From contig JBEWZL010000079.1 in the NCBI GenBank assembly GCA_045837725.1, positions 1-64,000 of the forward strand: a stretch of 64,000 nucleotides of DNA, in the 5' to 3' direction. Below, piece after piece: positions 25,704 through 38,996 of the stretch; position 1 is the first letter of the stretch; every line of letters starts with the position of its first letter. The position numbers and the translations under genes are program-made. The notes under the pieces were generated by a model. The model did no database searches, was not told the origin of the DNA, and worked only from the letters and a program-made list of their open reading frames with translations. This DNA is from Vermamoeba vermiformis. Taxonomy: Eukaryota.

Positions 25704-27545
25704 CCAGAAACAGATAAATGGAAAAATTCGGGACTGTATTTTTGTCTACAAGATTTTACTCATACACACAACGATGGGTATAAATAATTCAACGTTGCGT
25801 ATGCCAAATTATGGAAAACACCATCTTACAACGGCAGATTTAGTGATCCTCACCCGATCTCCGCACCACCCTTCGCCATAAATTACTGTAAGCTTAGAAT
25901 AATTAAAATACCCTACCAAAAAATCAATGTTGCTAATAACCCGCTAAAATAATTGTCCCTTCAATATTTATAAATTTTTTTTCGTGCGCCGGGATCAAAG
26001 GGATATTATCAAGTCAGCCACAGCGCACACACGTTCAACGACACCAATATGCTCTATTATGGCTCATCAAGTGTTACGTCGGAACAATATGTATTAGGAG
26101 TGCCATCAGAGCCGTTCAGTGTTGGATTGGTGCTGCATCCGGAAAAAGTTCCCGCTCATAATGGCTTCTTTCTTCAATTTGACTGGAAACCTTCGAATTG
26201 CGCGCCTGGAAACTCATTTAATACCTCACTAAGAGCTGATGGGTAATTGAAGTTCGATTAGTTCAAAGATCTAATTTTAGTTTTAGATTCGCAATTGTTT
26301 TTCTGAAAGACTTGCCCACGAATGAGCAAGTAGAACAATCTATTGGTACTCTTGGTATTGGAAGAGTACCGAATACATATTCATTCGGCTATGTATCAAC
26401 TTACAATGAGTTTTACGTTTGTCGTTGGTGAGTGTTGTCGGATTCGGTTCGAACAAAAGGCTTATCTTTCTCTGTAATAGGAATGATCCCTTGCCGATAG
26501 TGCAAAAACCGGGAATACTCCGCAAAGTGTGTCAAGTGTTTCCTTATTCTGATTTCCCAATGACTTGTGGCGATGCTTGGCATTTTGACCTTGTTCTCGA
26601 ATACAATCAGCTCTCAGTAAGTGATTATAACTGCCATAAGACTAGTTTATTTAATCGATATTGTTTAGTGGATTGGCGACGGTGGCGTGATATATTCAAT
26701 TCCGTTTGAAATGGATCCCGTTGATTATTTCATTGGACTGAGTTTCGGAAACGATAATTATTACCAACAACAAGAATTAATAGAAGCCATGTATTACCAC
26801 GTTGAGAAGACAACACAATTCGATGTAATTGAATCGAATTTAACCGGAGACTTCAGATTTTGCGGATCTGCCGAACCTCTCGAACAATCGATTAAACTGA
26901 TTAACAATGGAGATAATGAATACGGACTGGCAATCCTCGTATCCGCGTAAGAGTGCTCAACTATTATTTCAGTACCGAACCTAATTTACTAATTTGACAC
27001 GTGTCACTCAGATTCTCTTTCTTCTTTTCTTCTCGTGACATGCCAGATTGTGTCCCGCACGACAACTTAAGACTTGATGGCACCGGGTTCCCCCGCATTG
27101 ATGCTTTTGCTTATTCCGCGTACGATCAAAAGTTCTACATTTGCGATTGGTTAGTAGCGCCATCGACAACAACATGATATTCAACTTAGTTTAATAGGAA
27201 CGGACCCAATCAGACCACTCCTTGTACGCCTGTTCTGGCTGTGAGCAGAGGGTTCATTCATTGCGAATCAACTTACAACTTCATTTTATACTTTCAAAAC
27301 GGCGTACTCAACGTAAGTACTGTTTCTTCAGAATAGTAGCGATCTTGTGCAAGCTAATCTTACTGACCGTTTAGGTGTACCTCAACGACGCTCCGTTTTT
27401 TACTGCCAATCTCAACTTTGAAGAGGAAGCTTATTACGCTGGATTCGCGGCCAGCTCTGGCAACATTGATCGCCATTGCCGCCAGGTCATCTCCAATTGG
27501 ACGATGAACACTGACTTGAGTTCAGTGAATCTCACCGAGTATCTC

Positions 27546-27626
27546 CCGCCTGTCAGTCCGCCCGTCACTCCGCCAACCGATGCACCTGTCACTCCGCCAG
27601 TCACACCCCCTGTCACGCCTGCACCA
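27546..27626 (+). repeat. Pro/Thr linker repeat (PPVT)n in the lectin gene
   Basis: PPVSPPVTPPTDAPVTPPVTPPVTPAP. Confidence 0.8.
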
Positions 27627-28530
27627 AAGTTTGTGTTCTTGAATAGTGCAAGACTGGTCAACCAAACTTTCAGAATAATGTTCGGATCTGGCATGATGTA
27701 TCACTCTGAGCCGTTGAACGCGCTGGACCAAGTCGCTTTTGCATCAAGTTTTACTTGGACTCCAACGAACTGCGATTCAGTCTATAATGGTGCTGATGGG
27801 TGGGCCTTACATTTTTTTGTGACACGTGTCAGTGAACTAACGGATCTGTCGTCTTAGATGGGCGTTTTTCCTGACGAAGAACATTCCGACATTAGAACAA
27901 GTGCAAAGTTCAGGTGGTGGTCAGCTTGGAATTCAACAGGTTCCAAATGTAACAATGGTTGCTTACAGCGCTACTTTCAATGAGTTCTGGTTCGCGAACT
28001 GGTATGAAATTTCACGCTTCTTGAACTTTCACGAACTTAAATAGTCATTAATGAATATATAATAGGACAACGCCCCTTCTTGATCTTCATTGGCAGTCAG
28101 TTCGTACACCTGTCAATGGTCCGAAATACACTTGCGGAGGCTCATTCAACTTCACGATATCTTACGATCAGCCTACCTTAAAGGTACGTACTTGCATTTG
28201 TATCGTTAAGCGCTTCCGAGAATTGAGAATGATTTTATCTTGTAGATGCGTCTCAACAACGAAGTTGTACTTTCGACAGAATTCATTCTCGACCAATCAA
28301 CACCTTATTACTTAGGTTTATCCGGCGGTACAGGCGGCGGATACTTCGTTCAAGATTTTACGAACTGGTCCATCGCCCGTCCTTCTCCGCTAATTTGAAC
28401 AACGTAGCACTATTTGCCACGAGCAGTTAGAGAATTTTACAGTGTAATATATGATATATTGTCAGTCGCGAAATACAACCGAACTCTTTATATTTTTAAG
28501 TCCGATTTAATAGTCGACCTAAAAATTTGA

Positions 28531-28617
28531 TTGGCTGTCAGTCAACGGTCCGTAAAACACTTGCGGAGGCTCGTTCAACTTCGCTATAACTTGCGATCAG
28601 TCTACATTAAAGGTAAG
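28531..28617 (+). pseudogene. Orphan exon remnant of the lectin family
   Basis: Closely resembles exon 28090-28188 (cacttgcggaggctc.ttcaacttc...cgatcag.ctac.ttaaaggta). Confidence 0.6.
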
Positions 28618-28897
28618 TCTATATACAACCGTATTTACGCGTTTCCGATCAATCAGTCAAGATTTTACAAACTGGTCATTTGTCAGTCCTGCTTTGAGCT
28701 AGATCTGTTAATGTCAAATACGATAACTGGTAAAAGAAGGTTTATCGTTCGATATTGATCAAAAATACGAAGCATAATTCGATATGCAACTTCATCGGGT
28801 TTTTTCTCCGACAAGACTGACAAAAAGTGCACGCAAAACTTTTCGTTCACAACTTTTATCAATAAAGGCCAGCCATACTACCACAACTCTTTATAAA

Positions 28898-31438
28898 ATG
28901 AAGTTGAATAGGTATTTAATTGTATCTCTACTGGCCTTGTTCTCCGCCGTGCTCTGTACGTGGAATTTTGACCCGCAGATCATCCAAACGAGAAATGACG
29001 ACACTTCGCTACTTTACTACGGAGGATCGAGCCCCAATAGCGATTACTTCATAGAAGGCGTACAGCCAGAACCCTATAATACTGGCTTGGTCCTCTATCC
29101 AACAAAGCTGCCAGTAAGAGAAGGATTTTATCTAGAGTTCGATTGGCTTCAGAGGCCCCTTTCTGCAAGAAACTCTTCATTGACGGCATTTGGCGGCAAC
29201 GGGTAATACATATATACATTATTCAATTTTATTGAATTGACCTAATTTTGGCCTGATCAGATTTGCTGCAATTTTTCTTAAAGATCTGCCCACGAATGAG
29301 CAAGTAAAGAGTTCCGTTGGTACTCTCGGAGTAGGCAGAGTGCCTAATGCTTACGTTATGGGGTATTCTGCAACTTACAACGAGTTCTATGTTTGCCACT
29401 GGTATGTGTTGTCGGATTCACTCAGGACAAGCATGATAATAATAATTGTAATAGGACCGAGGCGTTACCGATAGTACAAACACCAGCATTTCTCCGCAGC
29501 TACTGCAACGTCATTCCTTATCAGCACACACTGACATGTAACGTCACTGCTTGCTCGTTTTATGTCAGATCGTATTACGACTACATCGAGGTAAGGTCAC
29601 GGCAAGATAACAATATTATATATGACTATTAATACATTATTTAATAGGTTTCGTTGACAACCATGCAAAACGTGTTGTTTAGAGCTCCTTGGTCGATGGA
29701 TTCGGAGGAGGATTATTACGTGGGCTTCAGCTTTGGAAACGACAATTACTACAACTATCAACAACACGAAGGATTTGTGTACTATTATAGAGAACTCCGA
29801 ACCAACTTTGACTCTTCGCAAGATCTGAACACCCAAATTTTTCAAGTGGAAACTTGCGGCCTTGTATCTCGATTCAATCCTTTTAGACTGACCTCTGGCA
29901 CTGATCAATTTGGCAGCTCTAATCTTATTTATGTGGTTCGTACGCACAACGGCTTTGTTACTAAATATACTTGGACTCCAACGACCTGCGACGAATTCGG
30001 CATTGGCGGAGACGGGTGCGTAAAAAAGTGGAAATTTCGTTGAATATGATACTTATCGCTTTGATTTGTTTAGGTTTTCGTTCTTCTTATCAAAATATGA
30101 TCCCGAGTGCGCTACGGATACTATTGCAAATTTTCCAAATATAACCGCTGTAACTTATTCAGCTGCCAAAGACCTATTTTGGGTTTGTCAATGGTACGGT
30201 TAACTAAATATAATATTATATTAATTATAACTGTTTGTTCTGTAGGGAAAAACCGATTGGTCAGTTCGATGATTCTTCCGCATGTGTTTCTGCTGCCAAT
30301 CCTTTGCCGCGACTCGGCTGTGGCAATTCTTACAACTTTGTCGTTTATTTTGCTAATAATGCTCTGAGCGTAAGTTAACCTCCGTAGTTTCTATACCTAT
30401 ATTTAATTCTAATGAGAATTACGGTTCAGGTTTTTGTTGACAACACGTTGATTTTGACGACGCCGTTCAGCATGGAGGATCGGCCGTACTTCCCTGGCTT
30501 TGCTGGCACCACGGCCTCGCCGTTCTATTTTGAGCAGTACATCACAAATTGGGTCATTGAAACTGATTTGAGCGTGGCGAATCTGTCCGACTATCTTCCT
30601 GCTTCTTTTATCACCCCACCTGTTGCCGATACTCCTTCTTTAGTGACGTTGGGCACCGCACAAAAAATCGGTCAAACGGTTCGATTGACCACTGGCGGCA
30701 GCGAATCAGGACTGGTCTATTTCTCGCAACCGATTGGTGGAAAGGATCTTCAGCCATTTGCGTCGAGCTTCACTTGGACCCCGACCAATTGCGACGCAGA
30801 ATACAACGGTGCTGACGGGTATTTTTTTAAACTCCGATTCGTATAATTTTAGATTTGAGTCTAATAGGATTTTTTTTACCTGCAGTTGGGCGTTCTTTTT
30901 GACGAAAAATGTTCCGACGTTGGAACAAGTCCAATCGTCATCAGGAGGCTTGCTCGGCATTCAAAACGTGCCTAATGTCGTAATGGCTGCTTACAGTGCC
31001 ACATACAACGAGTTCTGGATCTCGAATTGGTATGACAGACAATACTTTCCAAAAAAGATTAAGGTTAATAATATTAATATTTAAGGACCTTACCGTTCCC
31101 AGACAATTTCCATTGGGTCTCAGCGAATGCTCCCGTGTCTGGCCCGAAATACACGTGTGGTGGCATTTATACTTTTACCGTTGTATACTCTGAGCCGAAC
31201 TTGGAGGTACGTTACTCATCTAATACTATTGTTGTATTATACGCCATATATTACCGAAAATTTGATATTAACTCTGTTTTTTTACGGGCAGATCCGCCTC
31301 AATAATCAAGTCATGATTTCAGCCCAAGTTGATATTGACCAATCAACGCCTTATTACTTTGGTTTATCTGGTGGTACAGGCGGTGGATATTTCCAACAAG
31401 ATGTGACGAATTGGATCGTTGGTCGTCCTGTGTTTTAA
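28898..31438 (+). CDS. Secreted protein with three tandem L-type lectin-like domains
   Basis: Signal MKLNRYLIVSLLALFSAVLC; repeated GGNG/GGDG/GADG-F/W and YxGF/LSG motifs; multi-exon paralog of the disrupted gene. Confidence 0.75.
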
Positions 31439-31522
31439 ATTGAAGATCCACATCCGGTGACTTTTTCGTTCATTTTCATGTAGTTGGTTAGGAATGCATT
31501 GTTAGTAGTAGTAAACCAATTG

Positions 31523-33099
31523 TTAATAAGCCTTTATCTTCGGTTTCTTCCTAATGTAATCCCATATCGATTTGAAAAATCCTTTGCGAGATCTTGTTCG
31601 CAGTTTTGACGAGGCACCAAAGATCTCTTCTCTGAAACATTGAAATTTCAATTAGTCATCGTATTTAATATTACATTGATCATGTTATAGTATTATATGT
31701 ATTCACTAATACTTACTTTTTTAAGTATACGACCATAAAGTAAAAAAATACTACGCACACTAATAACATTATCACCAGCACCGTGTAAAGTGTTTTGCTG
31801 CTCTTATTTTTTCTCTAATAAGAATATGATTAATATTGTATAATAATATATGAGTACTTATGCTTACCCTTGCGCTACGATTGATTGCAAATTGATCCGC
31901 GCAATTTAATTTGTTGCAATACTGCTCGGTAAATAATTGCAATAATTCACCAGCGACTGGACTGGAGCCCATTGGAAAGCACGTGGACATGATATTCTAT
32001 TTAAATTCCAAGAAAAATAACGTTAGTACCGCTACAAAAATTTTACGCCAGATCCAACCTCAGATGTGGGTATGGATCAGTTTTTCGATTGGCAAATGAT
32101 AATATGATTGTGACATATATATAGTTTGTCTTATATGTACCTTGCAAACGACAGCTCGCTGAGCCAATGCCGCATCATTGCACCCTTCTCGTGCTTGTTT
32201 TGCGTGCCACGAGTCACAGCCAAGAATATCGCAATATTGACCGAGACATACTCCCTAATTAGGAAATATCGTTAAATTCCTATTATCCAAATAAAGAAAA
32301 GACTGTGCAAACGAGGAATAGGAATGAAAATGTTTTGTTGAAGTGGATCTTGGTGGATCTGGATGTACTTACGCGTGGCTCCAAATTGTCTATATGCTTA
32401 TTAATGAAGTGCTTCTCGAGGTACTGTTGATTTTCAAATACTTTAGGGCACATAGTACACTTGTTGTACACTTGAAGACCTCGACGGATCGTCGCCTTGG
32501 ATTCGAACTAAAAGAATTGTTACATACGCATAATAATTACTTAAAATACTAAAATAACCAATAATACAATTGTATTTACGTGTAATTCTTATTAAAAAGA
32601 AATTTTCAAAATAGGTACGGTAGAAGCGGATCACATCCCGCTGAAAATCGGATAATTTTCTAATTTATCACCAACCAAGTGGATATAATTACCTTCTTAA
32701 ATATATCATTGTCGTAATGGAATGGACAACTTGTTGGAATACTATAGCCATAGTCGTACACTACGTCATGAAATTCCTACGAAAAAACTTTCATTATTAT
32801 CAAGCGCTATTTATGCAATTCCATAATATTATAATTATACCTCTGCTAATATTTCACGTGCTTCTCGGGTCCAAGTTAAATTGCAATTCGGTGCAAGGAC
32901 GGATCTAAATAAAAAAATTATTTAAAATCTAAACGGAAAAGGAGAGTTATGGTATATCGCGGAATGTGCTTTACAATACCCCGAGAATATATTATATTAT
33001 TAATTGGACTTACTTGTCTTGAACAAATTGAGCACTAGATCCGGATGCCAAAAACGCAACCAAGCATAAGACAACCACAAAAATGCTACTGGTGCTCAT
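31523..33099 (-). CDS. Signal-peptide, C2H2-zinc-finger-containing Cys-rich membrane protein
   Basis: MSTSSIFVVVLCLVAFLA signal; CTMCPKVFENQQYLEKHFINKH; CLGQYCDILGC; TM helix near the C-terminus. Confidence 0.65.
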
Positions 33100-33223
33100 G
33101 ATAGCAATAGAAAATTATATAATACCGAGTAATAAACAATAATAAAAGTTGAGTCGTGTTAGTTCATTTGCAAACGTGTTGTAAAACTAAATTTTTTCAG
33201 TCACGCGAACAGATCACTACAAG

Positions 33224-34889
33224 ATGTTACAAAGATCACGAGTACTTACTTCTCTTCTTATAAAGAAAAACCAGTGGTGTCCAACTTGCATATCGAGAGG
33301 ATTATTTACGACAGTTTCGCGAAGTAAATCCGGATCATCCGACAAAACCAAATTATTTGGACTTACCATTGCTTCAAAGAACTACAGTACAAATGTTAAG
33401 GTATTGTAATATTATATCATGATATTATTCCTTTATTTAACGAATTTTAAAATCGAATTTCAAACTGAGTTCAATTCAGATTTGCTTTTAATGCTCAAAA
33501 TGCCATTATCAATACTCCAAATATATTTTATGATAATTTTAATATTTTTAATATTATTTGGGTTGAATAATAAACGATTTATTTTTCTCGATCGCGCGAT
33601 CTGGTGTGCGGTCAGTACTGACACTTAATTATATTTAGAAATTAAATCTAAATATTGAAGAAAGAAAGCTACGTTCATTGGCAGAACAAAGTAGAAAAGA
33701 AGAAATAGATCTCTATTTGAAGATCAGATCGCTAATCCAAAAGAAAAAACTAGACGAAGCTTTGAAAATATTTGACGAGTTCAAGAAAAATCACGACAAA
33801 TGCACTGAAATATTTTACACCAAAATTCTAACAGTAAGAATAATAACAAGCTACAAACATTAATGTTCGATCGCGATCTGAATCTATCGTGTCTGAAAGC
33901 GTTGCTTCCCGATTCAAAATATCGTAACTTCTAAATATTAATTATAATATTGTAGGCATTTTCACGAGGTGGTAGCGTCGAGGGCGTTGAAAAAGTATTC
34001 ACCTATTTCATGCAAGAAAAATACCAACCAAAACAAGAACACTATGACAGAATTATACGAGGTATGGTGTTATTATTCATAGTATATTATTAATAACAAA
34101 AAAACTGAGAGCATAATCTCTTTATAGCTTTTTGAATAGAAGTTGCATAAAATTTTCAAAGTGCACTTTTGACGCGATTGAAATTTTATTAAATAATATA
34201 TTATTATGTTCTGTTTATTACCAATATAGTCTATCCGGCGTTTTAATGTCATATATACAGTATATTGTGCCAATCAAAAGGTAGAAAAGGCGTTACAGTT
34301 AGCCAAACACATGGTCGACGCGGGGTCGCAATTGAGCTCTGAAACATTTGGCTGGGTCATTGAACTCTGCGAAAAGACTGGTACGTAGTTAGTAATAGTA
34401 TACTACATAACTATATGTCTATATCTTACTCACTTTTCCTGACTCATAATTTCAAAAACCGGTTCCGATCCGTCTAACAAATCTTTTCTCATTTAAATAT
34501 GCTTTCTTAGTCCTATATTATTATTTAATGACGAATTTTCCTTTTTAGGCAATAAAGAAAGTGCAGACAACATCTTCAAATTGTTCCGACAAAGCGGACT
34601 GCCACCGAGCGAGTCGTTATTGCGCACAGTGCTGCATCAGCGCAACGAAGCTGAATTTGAATTTAAAGTGCAGCCTAAAATTAGGAGTCATTTTGGCTAC
34701 TTAAAGAACGATAAGAATGGAAAGAGTTCTCTTAGCGCGGGATCAATGCCGAACGTTAATATCGAAAGTAGCTTGAAACGTAATACGAATAGTAATAATA
34801 GCAATTCTAATATTAAAGTTACCACTGACAATAATTCAACGGCGAAAAATGAGAGATCTGAGCGCTTGTCCAAAATAAAGGTGGTTTAA
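33224..34889 (+). CDS. Mitochondrial pentatricopeptide-repeat protein
   Basis: Arg/Ser-rich presequence; PPR-like LDEALKIFDEFKK...FYTKILT/AFSRGGSVEGVEKVFTYFMQ. Confidence 0.65.
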
Positions 34890-35192
34890 AGCAGAGCGAC
34901 TGTTCATTTTGACAAGAAGAAGAATTATAACAAAAATTCGATACCACTAAGCCTAAGAGATCTTGCGTTGTCACTTGTAATAAGCCTAAAAAAGAAAGAA
35001 GACAGACGGTTGATCTGCAACTAAAAGCAAGAATAAGGCCGCAATTCGTCTCAAAATGAGAAATTTTATTTACCAAAGTCAGTTGAACTAGAACACGGCT
35101 CCAAATTTAAACCAACTGAAATTTCGTAATTGTAACAACAAAAAAGAGCGCGGAAATTTTATTTTCGCAGTTTTTTTGAACATAGACCCACA

Positions 35193-36118
35193 AATGAACC
35201 ATAAGACACTTCCAGCGAAGCGTAAAGTTTTTGAATATGTAGAAACCATTAAAGACTTGCCAGCCATATATCTGACTCCTGATTTGCCGACCAATTATGA
35301 AGTTTTGTACGATGAGATCGAAGCCTGCCACACGACGAAGAAATTAAAACGTAAGCGATATCATGTTCACATAAATGTTCTATATAATATTAATATGTAA
35401 ATTTAACATTATCTACGCAGTTAATCATGGATCAGCGGAGATCACGAAGAAGGACGTCGTGGATGCCGTTGTGCGCGAGCGCAAGCTCTTTGACGCCGGT
35501 AAGCTAACGCATTAACTAATTTTTCTTGATATCAATATTAATGGAATTCAAGCGTTTCCGAGTGAACAGCGACCGGCTTGGGCAGACAAGTTCAAGTGCG
35601 AAATCAGGGAGGAAATAAAGAGCCTCAAAAAAGTCCAAGATGAAATTAAAAAAAGCCTCGATGATGAAGTCCGCCGACTAAAGGTGCGCCTCGACAACAT
35701 GGCCGTTCATGAAAAAAACAGAAAAGCTTTTGCCTCCAAAAATCAAGATGAACTCATCTCGATGCCCTTCAATCGCAAAGGTCTGTATAGTGCTTAACAT
35801 AATTCGATCTGGACTAATGAACGAACAGGAAAAAGGCCCGACTTCGAGGTTCCTAAGACTGCCCGCGAAGTCCGTTCTCTGCCCATGAAGACAATTCGTC
35901 AACTTGCAGACTTCTACGGCGCTGACTTCGAATGCCGCGACGTTAAAGGATCGCGTGCGGCGTTGCGCCTCTTTTTGACTCGGGGAAATGTTGAGGAGAG
36001 GTCTGACGAAGATGAGAATGAAGAGAGCGAGGTGCATGGCAGCGAAGAGAGCAGCGCAAAAGAGAAATCTGCCGTCCCCAAAGCAAAGTCGGCACGAAAG
36101 CAAGTCGGCAAAGTGTAA
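35193..36118 (+). CDS. Hypothetical protein with coiled-coil and acidic/basic tail
   Basis: Exon-like segments separated by GT-AG introns; no recognisable domain. Confidence 0.4.
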
Positions 36119-36471
36119 GCAGCTCATCAGCAGTCGGTCATTGGATGTAGTTTGTACATAGCGTGCGAAGATGTAATTAGTGTTAGTTTTTGTATCAATT
36201 TATGTAAGGATAATGTAAATATCGATATATTTGTTATATTAAAGTCGGATTCAAAGTTGAATAGAACTTCATCAAATTTCTTTGCTGCGAATTGTAACGA
36301 AGCTGAAAACCAAAAGAAATGAGATTTGATTCTTTTTAGCGCACAAAATAATTAACACGCGCACAATAGTATCTGAAAAATCAGAACCTGAGGCAGTAGT
36401 AGTATGGTACGTAGGCAACATCTACAAAGTAAAAAACAAAATCTGCGTTCAATTACTGTTAAAATTTGCCA

Positions 36472-38436
36472 AATGGCTTCCTTAACAATAACAAAAGCAT
36501 TTATTACTGAATTACAGCTCGCTGTAATTTTTGGATTTTATTTACAATTTTAAAAATAATTATTTGTTCAGACTTCGGTGTGCAAATCGTATCTCACGTT
36601 CATCGTGTCCGAACGCAAACTAGCAAAGCTATATATCGGTTCATTAATTAGGACGATTGGAAGATCACTTATACGACTATTTTTGCCGATCTACCTTTTG
36701 GACCTCGGATTTACTCTGCCCCAAATCATCGTCTATTATTATATGGTTAAGAGCATAATATGGGCATTGGCAACAATACCAGCAGAATATATTTCAAGGC
36801 GATGGAGTCCCGAGCATTCAATAGTCACTGGCACGTTTTTCTCGATCGCGAACTATTTATTCATAGCCTCAACCAAATCATCTGAAATACCATTTTTATG
36901 TAAGTATATATACTGTCATAACATATTTCGGTTGCGTTTCAGAAAAGATTTGCCGCAACAGCGGGATCCTTTTCCGCAGATCAAAAAATCGCATACACTG
37001 ATTCCATTCTTTTTTAATTTGAATATTATAATTGCAAAAATATTCCAAATTGAATATTTTGGAGATCATATGGAACTAATTGGTTTCATCGTGAAGTAAC
37101 GATTGGCGTACTGAGCGGCACATCCGGAGGACTTTATTGGCTAGGCTATCACTTGGATTTTTCTAAGAACAGTTCGAAAGACTCACGCGGTCAATCTCTG
37201 GCTCTAATGCGCACGACAACCATTCTAGCAAATGCAGCTGGTCCTTTGATAGGTGGCCTGGTCGCTCATTGGTACGTAATTGCTCAAGTTTCGAATAAAT
37301 ATTTCCTTTTTTGGCAAACTTAATTACCACTTACATTAAATTTTCAATTACATGCATGTATGACGCTTAATTACGCTATTTATACTGTTCGATTAATGTT
37401 ACTTTTTCGGATGTAGGCTAGGATTTCAATACATGACAACCATAAGCATGATTTTACTAGCGCTATCATTGGTACCGATGTTACCAAAAGTTTTGTCAAA
37501 ATCACCGGCTGACAGGTCCGAAACACATCCAACCAAAGTTGCTACCACATCCACGAACCAAGACTCAACGATCAATATTCTATTAACTACACTCGATATC
37601 TCGTGGATTAAGGGCGTAGATTTATTGGTACTGTTCACTTACGGCATGGAACAATGTCTTGGATTCAATGCGTGGCCTATTTACACCAGCATGAATTTCT
37701 TCGATCAAAAATTCGAGTTGATTGGATTGAACGCTTCAATGTCCGTATTTTGCTCGTTAATAATCACCCTATTATTCGGAAAACTCATCGATAAGGTACG
37801 TAATCTACGTGGGATCCAACGCATGGATCTGGTCACTTGTAGCCTACAGTGCCAAATATCCTATATTTTAATACAAATACTCATTGATTTTCTATAAATA
37901 GAACAGAGCTACTGCCCTATATATCGGAGTTGTATCAAATACTTCAATTTGGATCGCACGCATGTTCATCACAAGTCGCTGGCAAGCAACACTTTTGGAC
38001 ATGCTGTTCAGTGTGTCTCATAGCTTACTTGGCAATTCCATGTTCGCGTTGAGCTATGATAGAGGTATGAAGATGACTTTAGTAGTATAATTACGGCCAG
38101 CGTGCCAGCCCCGAAAGTTGACACATCTGTCACTTCGAGATCCGGTTTCGTTGTTGCTTGTCTACTCCGACAAATCAATAGCTAACAGTTTTTATAACAG
38201 CAAATGCTACGCACATATACAGCTATTTGATCATCCAAGAAGTATTTCTGGCTTCAGGGCAGGTCTTGGTTTGGATCGTGTGTTTGTATTATCCGTCGCT
38301 GTACCCTGTATTTATATTAGGAGCTATTTTTAGCGTCATACAAGTCTTCGCAACGAAGAATATGGGTCTTAAGAAGGAAAAGACAGACGCTGACAAGGAT
38401 TCAAAATCGGATGTCAGTCAAGATCTTGACGTTTAA
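36472..38436 (+). CDS. MFS-type transporter; start uncertain
   Basis: LYIGSLIRTIGRSLIRLFLPIYLLDLGFTL, YWLGYHLDFSK, GPLIGGL and LFGKLIDK loop motif; many TM segments. Confidence 0.75.
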
Positions 38437-38996
38437 CTAGCAACTTGTAAAATATGAATATATTGATTAATCTATTCACTCTCGCAGTCTCAATTCAATT
38501 TCGCCAGGCCAAGAGAAAAATATTTCAATTCTTTTATTGATCTAAATCCGCCTCCAGGTACACTAACTCCGATCTCGAATCCTCGTTAAGAAATAATGTA
38601 AAGCATCATTATTTCTAATAGTAACCGCGATTTCATTCTTATGCATTGCGGATCTTATTGAATCACGATAGTAAATTGATTGTTTCTACCGGCCGTATAA
38701 TTGTTCCTCGTTAGGTTTCGCCGCAATAATCATATTTAATATAATAGAATCTTCTTTTAACATTAAACTGGTTGATCCAGCGTATCTTTTCATTTTTCAT
38801 TTCCGCAATGTCTGTTGTGAACAAAAACTTTTAATTAAATTAAATATATAAGCTCTGTAATCACTGTTAGCAATTCTGTAAGATAAGATAGGATGGATCG
38901 AGCTTATTTTTAAATTTTTACATTTTTATTAATTTTTTTGGTGTATCAAACAATTATGACATAAAAATTAATACAACAATCCGCAATTAGAGATTA

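Larger units (their letters stand above)
18098..26002 (-). mobile_element. 7,905-bp piggyBac-like DNA transposon with ATAT TSD and cargo genes
   Basis: ATAT at 18094-18097 and 26003-26006. Imperfect TIRs: CCCTTTTCAGCCGGC versus reverse complement CCCTTTGATCCCGGC (11/15). Contains a piggyBac transposase; the empty site restores the host ORF. Confidence 0.93.
18026..28398 (+). pseudogene. Tandem L-type (legume-like) lectin-domain gene disrupted by the transposon
   Basis: Joining 18026-18097 to 26007 onward gives MKSITVFVFVLLAASSSCTTPPTY-YQVSHSAHTFNDTNMLYYGSS in frame. Motifs FASSFTWTP..GADG and YLGLSGGTGG; paralog at 28898. Confidence 0.8.

Noticed and set aside
18098-26002. Fanzor/TnpB-like RNA-guided nuclease explaining the structured tract
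   Set aside because: No RuvC motifs recognised in either gene; the Cys-rich tail at 18752-18900 fits the piggyBac C-terminal domain.
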